This document shows, piece after piece, positions 1 through 7,094 of a stretch of 28,939 nt of DNA. Below the pieces are notes generated by a model. That model was given only the letters and a program-made list of their open reading frames with translations. It was not told the DNA's origin and made no database searches. Position 1 is the stretch's first letter; every line of letters begins with the position of its first letter. Source of the DNA: a virus (Duplodnaviria > Caudoviricetes); IMG/VR virus record IMGVR_UViG_3300030095_001020, positions 1-28,939 of that record. One strand, 5' to 3'. The position numbers and the translations under genes were made by a program.

Positions 1-138
1 CCTAGGATATTACAGAAAAATCTAGTCACTGAATTAGATCTTATTGTAGTTGACCTTGTTCAATTCAAACCATCAATGGAGTACGCACTAAATCAAAGTT
101 CTACAGTTGTAGAACAAACCAACGAGGATTTAAAATGA
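1..138 (+). CDS. Possible 3' end of a hypothetical protein, truncated by the window edge
   Basis: Frame 1 is open from base 1 to TGA at 136-138, which overlaps the next start as ATGA, a typical coupled-gene junction. It reads through palindrome copy 1. Confidence 0.35.
   Translation, partial: PRILQKNLVTELDLIVVDLVQFKPSMEYALNQSSTVVEQTNEDLK
98..115. promoter_or_regulatory. Palindromic element copy 1 (GTTCTACA-GT-TGTAGAAC)
   Basis: 8-2-8 inverted repeat, followed by GAGGA at 124-128 and ATG at 135. Confidence 0.75.
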
Positions 139-320
139 AAAATTATATTATAGGCTTTAGCTATGTAGAGTTTGCCAAAGTACAAGTACAGGCAGAGAGT
201 CAAGAAGATGCAGAGAGTCGGGTGTATGAACAGCTAGAGGAACAAGGCATGCCCGACAACGCAGAGGTTTTTGACCGCGAATATTCCGTAGACTTTGGAG
301 AGGAGAACGATGATGAGTGA
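135..320 (+). CDS. Small acidic protein, DpnD/PcfM-like
   Basis: RBS GAGGA. The pattern MKxY-hydrophobic strand-VQAESQEDA resembles the DpnD/PcfM-like VEAxxEEEA signature. Confidence 0.65.
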   Translation: MKNYIIGFSYVEFAKVQVQAESQEDAESRVYEQLEEQGMPDNAEVFDREYSVDFGEENDDE

Positions 321-483
321 TCGAGAGATATACAGCGATTATATCGTGGAGCATTTTGAGCGTCAGCAGTGGGACAATTCAATGTTTGATGAGTCTACGT
401 TGCGTGATTTTATTCACCATATACCTGTTAACGTGTTAAAGGATTACTTTGACATATTGATAGATACAGGAGAAAAAAGATGA
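313..483 (+). CDS. Hypothetical protein (56 aa)
   Basis: AGGAG at 301-305 favours ATG 313 over the track start at 295. The stop overlaps the next gene as ATGA. Confidence 0.65.
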   Translation: MSDREIYSDYIVEHFERQQWDNSMFDESTLRDFIHHIPVNVLKDYFDILIDTGEKR

Positions 484-1361
484 CAACTAATATCCAAGCC
501 CCAAGCCTAGCATCTAGTGCGATGCTAACAGAGTTAAACATCAGTGTGTGGACTGGTCGCAAGAAAGACAGGCGCGAGTCCAAGACAGTCGCAGATCAAA
601 ACTACGCAGACAGTGGCGTGGTGTCAGTCAATAAGATGTTACTGGGTGATTGTGACAAGCTGAAAGCTATCAATGAGATACGTGGCAAGATACGCAACCA
701 TATACATTACCCGATGACAATGCCGTGGTCTGACAGTGGTTTGAGGTTGTTGCCTACATCAGTGTACTTTGACTACAACCAACAGATGGGTGAGGCAATC
801 AATGCGTTCGATACATTGGTTGACGAGTTTATTGATGACTATGATTTTGCTGTGTCACGTGCACAGGCAAAGCTCGGTAACTTGTTTGTACGTGATGACT
901 ACCCAACTTCCGAGCAGATACGCGACAAGTTCGATGTGCGTGTGAATTATACACCGCTACCTGATGCAGGTGATTTTCGTGTTGACATTGGCAACGAGGC
1001 TAGTGTTCAACTCAAAGCTGACTATGACAAGTTTTACTCTGACCAACTGAGTAAGGCGATGGGTGATGTGTGGAAACGTATGCACACTGCACTAGCCAAT
1101 ATGTCTGACAAGCTGACCGACAGCAACGGCAAGAAGCAGGTGTTCCGCGATACGCTAGTCAGTAACGCGTTATCAATGGTTGACTTGTTGACTACGTGTA
1201 ACGTGACAGGTGACAGTCAGATGGAAGCGATGCGCCAACGGCTCGAGTCTACGTTGCGTGGTGTAACACCCGAGGGGTTACGTGATGACGAGTTCTTGCG
1301 TGCCGAAACTAAATCTAAGGTAGACGACATACTCAAGACTCTACCATCATTGGACATGTAA
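480..1361 (+). CDS. DUF3150-like phage protein
   Basis: 293 aa with RBS AGGAG. Segments TMPWSDSGLRLLP and DDYPTSEQIRDKF resemble the DUF3150-like family usually found beside AAA/vWA pairs. Family call is from recall. Confidence 0.6.
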   Translation: MTTNIQAPSLASSAMLTELNISVWTGRKKDRRESKTVADQNYADSGVVSVNKMLLGDCDKLKAINEIRGKIRNHIHYPMTMPWSDSGLRLLPTSVYFDYNQQMGEAINAFDTLVDEFIDDYDFAVSRAQAKLGNLFVRDDYPTSEQIRDKFDVRVNYTPLPDAGDFRVDIGNEASVQLKADYDKFYSDQLSKAMGDVWKRMHTALANMSDKLTDSNGKKQVFRDTLVSNALSMVDLLTTCNVTGDSQMEAMRQRLESTLRGVTPEGLRDDEFLRAETKSKVDDILKTLPSLDM

Positions 1362-1470
1362 CCATGCAGACTAACACTAGGTGCATGGATATGTGGCGTG
1401 GTAACAAACTATACCACGTTAACGAGAATGCGAACGTGCGCAGGGTAATACTCAAGCGCACCAAGCATCT
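1354..1470 (+). other. Intergenic cluster of three adjacent stem-loops (candidate structured RNA)
   Basis: Stems CCATGCA/TGCATGG (1362-1388, extendable to 1354-1394), GGCGTGGTA/TACCACGTT (1395-1420) and GTGCGC/GCGCAC (1436-1461) inside ATGC/GCAT (1428-1468). Confidence 0.5.
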
Positions 1471-1480
1471 ACCTAAAAAT

Positions 1481-1497
1481 GTTCTACAGTGTAGAAC
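1481..1497. promoter_or_regulatory. Palindromic element copy 2 (GTTCTACA-G-TGTAGAAC)
   Basis: Perfect 8-1-8 inverted repeat, followed by GAGGA at 1506-1510 and ATG at 1518. Confidence 0.8.
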
Positions 1498-1517
1498 TTC
1501 TAACCGAGGACAAAGCT

Positions 1518-2597
1518 ATGAATAACGTATATGTAAGCAGTATTGAAGAGATAGTCCAACTACTATTACACGTAGGTGGTAAACGCACTGTACTAATCGA
1601 GGGTGACATGGGTATTGGTAAGTCTAGCCTACTCAAGACTCTCAAGAAGCTATTGCCCGACCACATTGCATGTTTGTTTGATTGTACCACCAAAGATCTT
1701 GGTGACTTGTTTATACCTGACCTGATGCGTGAACTAGGTTGTGTATCATTCCTACCCAATGAGCAGTTCGGTATACATCTTGGTAAGCCGTTGATACTCA
1801 TGCTTGACGAACTGGGCAAAGCTAACCCATCAGTCAAGAACGCGTTACTTGTTGTTATGCTCGAGCACATGATTGGCAACAAGCACTTACCCGAGGGTAG
1901 CATTGTGTTTGCAACTACCAATCTGGGTGCTGAGGGTGTCGGTGATATGTTACCACCACATGCACGCAATCGTATCATCACAGTACGTATGCGCAAGCCG
2001 TCATCTGATGAGTGGATCAACAACTACGCTATCAACAATGACGTACACCCATCAGTCATGGGTTTCGTACGTGAGTTTCCGCAAGTCATGCAGTCATTCA
2101 CTGAGGTTAACAGCCCTGATGACAACCCATACATCTATCACCCCAAGCGACAAGCTAAATCATTCTGTACACCACGTTCACTCGAGTGTGCATCTGACAT
2201 ACTACACCAACGCGAGCACCTATCCGATGACACGTTAACAGGCGCATTGATTGGTACTATCGGCGAGCGTGGAGCGTTAGATATGATGGCGTTTGTCAAA
2301 CTAGCCGACAAGCTACCAACGCTCGAGTCCATCAAGACTGACCCAATGAATGCAATCGTACCCGACAGTGCCAGTGCTGTATGTATGGTCGTGTATCGTG
2401 CGCTTGCATCACTCGACAAAACGTGGATTGATGCTTGGTTCAAGTACATGGGTAGGTTGAGTAAGGAAGCGCAAGGTCTGTTCGCGCTCGGTATCAAACC
2501 TGACACATACAAGAACAAGTCACTCGTTACTACCAACGGCAGTTTCACAGCTTGGTGTCGTGAGAACAACTACATGTTCGGTGCAGACAAATGTTAG
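1518..2597 (+). CDS. MoxR/dynein-related AAA+ ATPase
   Basis: Walker A GDMGIGKS, Walker B LMLDE, sensor-1 ATTN, arginine-finger region ARNR and TPRS motif. Start moved from 1479 to 1518 because of the RBS. Confidence 0.88.
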   Translation: MNNVYVSSIEEIVQLLLHVGGKRTVLIEGDMGIGKSSLLKTLKKLLPDHIACLFDCTTKDLGDLFIPDLMRELGCVSFLPNEQFGIHLGKPLILMLDELGKANPSVKNALLVVMLEHMIGNKHLPEGSIVFATTNLGAEGVGDMLPPHARNRIITVRMRKPSSDEWINNYAINNDVHPSVMGFVREFPQVMQSFTEVNSPDDNPYIYHPKRQAKSFCTPRSLECASDILHQREHLSDDTLTGALIGTIGERGALDMMAFVKLADKLPTLESIKTDPMNAIVPDSASAVCMVVYRALASLDKTWIDAWFKYMGRLSKEAQGLFALGIKPDTYKNKSLVTTNGSFTAWCRENNYMFGADKC

Positions 2598-3826
2598 TCT
2601 CTAATCTGACAGCAGAACAACGCATACACAAAGCGGTTGTATCTATCGTCAACCACCCATTGTACTTTGCACTCGCAGGTGTACTGATGGTGGGTAAGCG
2701 TGAGGTACGTGACGATATACCGACAGCGTGTACCAATGGTCGTGACGAGTTCTATGGTCGTGCGTTTGTTGACAGTCTGACTGATGCGCAGTTACGTTTT
2801 GTAATACTGCATGAGTGTTACCACAAAATGTACAAGCATCTTACAACGTGGCATCACCTGTGGCTACGCTGTGCTATGACAGCCAACAGAGCGATGGACT
2901 ATGTCATCAACATACAGATACTCGACGCACACAAAGACGACGGGTTTGTCGAGGGTATTGATGGTATGTGTTACGACACAAAATATCGTGGTTGGGCTAC
3001 ACCCAAAGTGTTCAACGACATCTACCAGCAACAGCAACAAGACAATGGTTCTGGTGGTAACGAGTCAACAGATGATGGGCAACAGTCGTCCAGTTCGTCG
3101 CAAGCGTCGGGTCAACAGCCATTCGATGAGCATGACTGGGAAGGTGCGCAAGAGATGACCGACGAGGAGCAGAAAGAGTTATCGAAAGAGATTGATGATG
3201 CGATACGTCAAGGTGCTATCAGTGCAGGTAAGATGGGCAGTGGTGGTGAGCGTACAGTAGCCGACCTACTCGAACCACAGGTTGATTGGCGTGAGGTGTT
3301 ACGTGAATACATCACCACACACTGTAGTGGCTCTGACTATGCTACATACAACCGACCCAATCGCAGACGATTACACACAGGTATGTATTTACCTAGCGGT
3401 ATATCCGAGCAGGTTGACGAGTTAGTGGTAGCTATTGATACGTCAGGCTCTATCGGTCAACGTGAGTTATCGGTGTTCCTATCCGAGATCAAGTCTATAT
3501 GTGAGACAGTGCACCCCAAGTGTCTACGTGTACTGTATTGGGACACTGAGGTATGTCGTGACGAGAAGTATGAGATGCACGAACTACATGACATGGTCGA
3601 GTCTACCAAGCCCGAGGGTGGTGGTGGTACAGATGTTAACTGTGTAACAAGTTACATGGCAGAGAATAACATCAGCCCGCAAGCATCAATCGTACTGACT
3701 GATGGTTATTTGTATGGCGGTTGGGGTTCTTGGTCAAACCCAGTGCTGTGGTGCATACTAGACAACCGCAGTGCAACACCTAACTGTGGTTCAACAGTAC
3801 ATGTTAAATCAGGAGATATGTTATGA
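2591..3826 (+). CDS. Putative metallopeptidase plus vWA domain protein (DUF2201-like)
   Basis: N-terminal TACTNG and HECYH (HExxH), a Q/S/G-rich linker, then MIDAS elements DTSGS, GGGTD and LTDG. Overlaps the ATPase stop. Confidence 0.88.
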   Translation: MLVSNLTAEQRIHKAVVSIVNHPLYFALAGVLMVGKREVRDDIPTACTNGRDEFYGRAFVDSLTDAQLRFVILHECYHKMYKHLTTWHHLWLRCAMTANRAMDYVINIQILDAHKDDGFVEGIDGMCYDTKYRGWATPKVFNDIYQQQQQDNGSGGNESTDDGQQSSSSSQASGQQPFDEHDWEGAQEMTDEEQKELSKEIDDAIRQGAISAGKMGSGGERTVADLLEPQVDWREVLREYITTHCSGSDYATYNRPNRRRLHTGMYLPSGISEQVDELVVAIDTSGSIGQRELSVFLSEIKSICETVHPKCLRVLYWDTEVCRDEKYEMHELHDMVESTKPEGGGGTDVNCVTSYMAENNISPQASIVLTDGYLYGGWGSWSNPVLWCILDNRSATPNCGSTVHVKSGDML

Positions 3827-4005
3827 AGAAGAAGCATAGAGTAGTTATGAGTGAGACGTTAGTATACAGCTATGACGTTGAAGCCGAGAATGAAGAAGAA
3901 GCTAGAGACGTAATCTATTCGGGTGACTATGACCTAGATACATACAAAGTGTATGACTCGTTTGATATTCAAATAGATGACGTTGTGGAGATCAAAGATG
4001 AGTGA
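3823..4005 (+). CDS. Small acidic protein, DpnD/PcfM-like
   Basis: RBS AGGAG and ATGA overlap. MKKKHRVVMSETLVYSYDVEAENEEEA matches the family pattern. Confidence 0.7.
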   Translation: MKKKHRVVMSETLVYSYDVEAENEEEARDVIYSGDYDLDTYKVYDSFDIQIDDVVEIKDE

Positions 4006-4183
4006 GTCATTTGGTATGGGCATGGAAGCCGTACACAAACGCATGGAGTGGGACAGGGCAGTGGCAGAGGTACAAGAGGCAGTGGAGTTTCGGTTAGAGG
4101 CTATGACAATGCGCTACTCTCATTGCACCGAAGAAGAAAGAGAACGGCTTGCCCAAGCATGGGCAAGAATATTACAAGGGTAA
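3998..4183 (+). CDS. Hypothetical protein (61 aa)
   Basis: GGAG at 3987-3990 supports ATG 3998 rather than 3977. Overlaps the upstream gene end. Confidence 0.7.
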   Translation: MSESFGMGMEAVHKRMEWDRAVAEVQEAVEFRLEAMTMRYSHCTEEERERLAQAWARILQG

Positions 4184-4225
4184 GGTACATCTTACCCCCT
4201 AACGTAACTAAACAACTGATAACAA

Positions 4226-4242
4226 GTTCTACAGTGTAGAAC
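4226..4242. promoter_or_regulatory. Palindromic element copy 3
   Basis: GTTCTACAGTGTAGAAC, extendable to 10-1-10 (4224-4244). GAGGA at 4249-4253 and ATG at 4262. Confidence 0.8.
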
Positions 4243-4261
4243 TTTATTGAGGAACTAAACT

Positions 4262-5233
4262 ATGGCAATGTTTCATTACAATCTAGATACTTTCGCAGAA
4301 GTAGAACGACGCTACGACCGCGTCAAACCAATACGTACTACAGGTCAAGTACCACTCGGTGATCGTGCGCGTAAGTGGGAGCACATCATCAAGGTCAACA
4401 AGAACAAGTACGTACTCATGGACAAGATACCCGACGATGAGGGTAACAGGTTCTGGTGTGGTGACAGTAAAGAAGAGATAGCACGTGCGCCTGTTACGTG
4501 GACAAGATGTGCGCATACTGGTATCGAAAAAATCCGAGTGCGCAACGACTATGGTGACACGTGTCACAATCAACGCTATTCATTCTTAGTACGTGCGCTA
4601 CCGAGTTGTATGGATTTTCTGGTTCAACAGGGTAAGCAATACGTCATACTTGGTGATACTCATCATTACCTACCCAAGTCTACGTGGGTCAACAGTCACA
4701 TGTATAAGTCGCTAGTTAGTATGCGTGCAAGTCATGGCGAGACTGCATGGAATACACAGAAGATGACAAAGACTGATGATGGTAAGTACCTAGACTTTGA
4801 GCGTGATTCATTCAGTTCACGTCAACAGTGGACATGTACAACCGCACGTCACAAACAACCTGTAACACGTACCAAGATAAGTGGTGAGAAGAAAAAGTAT
4901 TACGAAGTTATACGTGAGTATGCCGAATGGGCTTGGGTAATGCAAAGCATATTGATGAACCGCGATCACTACGACTGGGAACACCAACGACTCATACGAC
5001 AACAGTGTGGTGATGCGATAACCGACAGTGATGTGTTTCGTGATATGTTGAAAGACCCTACCGATGAGCGACGTTCGCCTGTAGCCATAGCTATACTGGG
5101 TGAAATATCCGAGTACGACTGGCAGACTCAAACGTCATCACCACCAGAAGATGAGAAGAAGTTTATGAGTAAGTTCAAGTCACAGGTTGACAAGTTAGCC
5201 AACTTCAAAATCAAATATCAAGACTACAAATAG
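4262..5233 (+). CDS. Hypothetical protein (323 aa)
   Basis: Long ORF with RBS. No motif recognised. Confidence 0.85.
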   Translation: MAMFHYNLDTFAEVERRYDRVKPIRTTGQVPLGDRARKWEHIIKVNKNKYVLMDKIPDDEGNRFWCGDSKEEIARAPVTWTRCAHTGIEKIRVRNDYGDTCHNQRYSFLVRALPSCMDFLVQQGKQYVILGDTHHYLPKSTWVNSHMYKSLVSMRASHGETAWNTQKMTKTDDGKYLDFERDSFSSRQQWTCTTARHKQPVTRTKISGEKKKYYEVIREYAEWAWVMQSILMNRDHYDWEHQRLIRQQCGDAITDSDVFRDMLKDPTDERRSPVAIAILGEISEYDWQTQTSSPPEDEKKFMSKFKSQVDKLANFKIKYQDYK

Positions 5234-5243
5234 GAGATATGAA

Positions 5244-6236
5244 ATGTTTTTAACCGTCATACCAAGAGGAATAAGTTACCACAAAAAGGGTGAGACTGGG
5301 CGACCAATAAGTGCAGTGAAAGACTTGTTGAACGCTACGAAACAAGACAAACGCCATGTGTACGAGTGGGGTAAGTTCTGCCAGTTCTTTGATGACTTTG
5401 TGTACAAAGCTACGATGCACTTACCCGACGTAGAGTTTGTTATGACTACAGTGTCGTCAAGTAAATATGAGTTAGTGGTGTTTTACAAAGATGATTTGTG
5501 TGAGATGGGTAGACTGTGTACCACGTACTACAATGGTAACTTGCAATACCACGTGCAGAGTCAAGCCATACAGAACCAACGATACTGCCCACACAACTCA
5601 CCCGATGACCACCACACGTTATCGAGTAAGAATGTATCGAAAGCTGTAGCCAATGCGCGTAGGTATTTGCGTCCTAATACAATGTCCGATATCGCTAGGT
5701 CAACACATGATAACGTGGAACAAAGAGTTATGAAGCATCGTGGTAACGTAAATAGCGAGCGTAAAAATCGAGCACGCGAGGTGGGATTCGAGGTAAGTCC
5801 TGCAGGTCAATTGCCTGACATAGCACAACCAGTCATGGATATGCACCGAATGGGGTTGATGACTGTAGATGAAGAATTAGATAGAAAGCTAGGCACGCTG
5901 TACGATGCCATTGACGAGTACGATAAACTACTTGGTGAAGATGACGAGTACATGACTTGTGTGTGGATAAAGAATGATGAGATACAGATGCACCCATTCG
6001 ATGTACACTACAGACATGCCAGTCAATCCACTAGAGTAAGTCGTGGTCAAGCACCGTGGGACGAAAGTTTTGGACGTTTCCCTAGTACAATACCGCGTAA
6101 CGAGTTACCAGATAGTGTAGCGGATAGGGTAGCTGTGTTAGATGTCTTAGGGGTTAATGATTTTGTATATGATGTTGGCGTTAAGTTATCAGATAGTGTA
6201 TATTACGTTAGGTATGACTGGGGATACACAAAGTAA
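5244..6236 (+). CDS. Hypothetical protein (330 aa)
   Basis: Long ORF with RBS AGGAG, 10 nt after the previous stop. No motif recognised. Confidence 0.85.
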   Translation: MFLTVIPRGISYHKKGETGRPISAVKDLLNATKQDKRHVYEWGKFCQFFDDFVYKATMHLPDVEFVMTTVSSSKYELVVFYKDDLCEMGRLCTTYYNGNLQYHVQSQAIQNQRYCPHNSPDDHHTLSSKNVSKAVANARRYLRPNTMSDIARSTHDNVEQRVMKHRGNVNSERKNRAREVGFEVSPAGQLPDIAQPVMDMHRMGLMTVDEELDRKLGTLYDAIDEYDKLLGEDDEYMTCVWIKNDEIQMHPFDVHYRHASQSTRVSRGQAPWDESFGRFPSTIPRNELPDSVADRVAVLDVLGVNDFVYDVGVKLSDSVYYVRYDWGYTK

Positions 6237-6241
6237 ATAAA

Positions 6242-6258
6242 GTTCTACAGTGTAGAAC
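6242..6258. promoter_or_regulatory. Palindromic element copy 4
   Basis: GTTCTACAGTGTAGAAC, followed by AGGAG at 6266-6270 and ATG at 6278. Confidence 0.8.
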
Positions 6259-6277
6259 AAATATAAGGAGCAACGAT

Positions 6278-6607
6278 ATGGCTATGACCCCCGAGGGCAA
6301 GGTTAAGAAGAAGATTGTCGCCTATTTAAAAGAGATCGGAGCATATTACTTTTTCCCTGCTACAGGTGGATATGGTAAGAGTGGTGTGCCTGACATAGTA
6401 GGTTGTTATAAAGGTAAGTTCTTTGGTATTGAATGTAAGGCAGGTAACAACAAGCCTACGGAGTTACAGAAGCACCAATTAAAACTTATATCCGAGGCAG
6501 GTGGTATTGCTACTGTAACGAATGAGGATACGATTCATTCTTTGCAATACATATTGAATAGTTTACCTGAACCTGACCCTAATCAATTGGAGTTAGACTT
6601 TGATTGA
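6278..6607 (+). CDS. VRR-NUC domain nuclease (Holliday junction resolvase-like)
   Basis: TPEGKVK, GVPDI, IECKA and TELQ form the PD-(D/E)xK VRR-NUC signature. Confidence 0.9.
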   Translation: MAMTPEGKVKKKIVAYLKEIGAYYFFPATGGYGKSGVPDIVGCYKGKFFGIECKAGNNKPTELQKHQLKLISEAGGIATVTNEDTIHSLQYILNSLPEPDPNQLELDFD

Positions 6608-6779
6608 GGGTAAGCCTGTAGTAGAGGCTGAATTAGAAAGTATTGATATGGCAATACGTAAAGAGCGCAACCGCCTATGGAAACTAGAAGATGAAGATTT
6701 AGATCCTAGTTACCACTGGCTTGAATACTTACAAGCTGAGAAGGCGCGTGGCGTACAAATAATGGTAGTTAACTTTTAG
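6600..6779 (+). CDS. Hypothetical protein (59 aa), absent from the ORF track
   Basis: GGAG at 6589-6592, TTG at 6600 and TAG at 6777-6779. Translates MIEGKPVVEAELESIDMAIRKERNRLW...QIMVVNF and fills the gap between flanking genes. Confidence 0.7.
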   Translation: MIEGKPVVEAELESIDMAIRKERNRLWKLEDEDLDPSYHWLEYLQAEKARGVQIMVVNF

Positions 6780-6788
6780 GAGAATGAT

Positions 6789-7094
6789 ATGGTTGATGCA
6801 AGCCCCAAAGAATGGGACGAATTAAGAGAGAAACACCCTGAACTTATCGAGAAGTATGAAAACTTTTTGAACGAGGTGGGTGACGATCCAGTCAATAACC
6901 CGAACCATTACAATACAGGTGGAGTAGAATGTATTGAGGGTATCGAGTCTAGTATGAGTCCTAACGCGTTTCTAGGTTATCTCAAGGGTAACTGTATGAA
7001 ATATATGTGGCGTTATGAATACAAGGGTAAGCCTCTTGAAGATTTAGAGAAAGCCCAATGGTATCTTAACTTGTTATTAGAACGGAATAAGTAA
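6789..7094 (+). CDS. DUF3310 protein (T7 gp1.7-like, putative nucleotide kinase)
   Basis: DPVNNPNHY, GVECIE, GNCMKYMWR and EDLEKAQWYL signature motifs. Confidence 0.9.
   Translation: MVDASPKEWDELREKHPELIEKYENFLNEVGDDPVNNPNHYNTGGVECIEGIESSMSPNAFLGYLKGNCMKYMWRYEYKGKPLEDLEKAQWYLNLLLERNK

Noticed and set aside
391-1260. Exact 16-nt direct repeat GAGTCTACGTTGCGTG at 391-406 and 1245-1260
   Set aside because: Both copies lie in coding sequence (ESTLR) with unrelated flanks. A single 16-mer match in 29 kb is plausible by chance.
1397-1430. Resemblance of CGTGGT...ACCACGTTAA to the start of a pistol ribozyme
   Set aside because: The loop has no downstream pseudoknot partner and the remaining core elements were not found.
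1479-1517. Track start of the ATPase at 1479
   Set aside because: It has no RBS and overlaps the palindrome. ATG 1518 has GAGGA at normal spacing. Starts at 295, 3977, 9078, 9749 and 11839 were shortened for similar RBS or gene-coupling reasons.
98-6258. The palindromes as a CRISPR array, with 9117-9788 as cas4
   Set aside because: Copies are 1.4-2.7 kb apart with no repeat-spacer periodicity. Cas4-like exonucleases are routine in phage replication modules, and no other cas gene is present.
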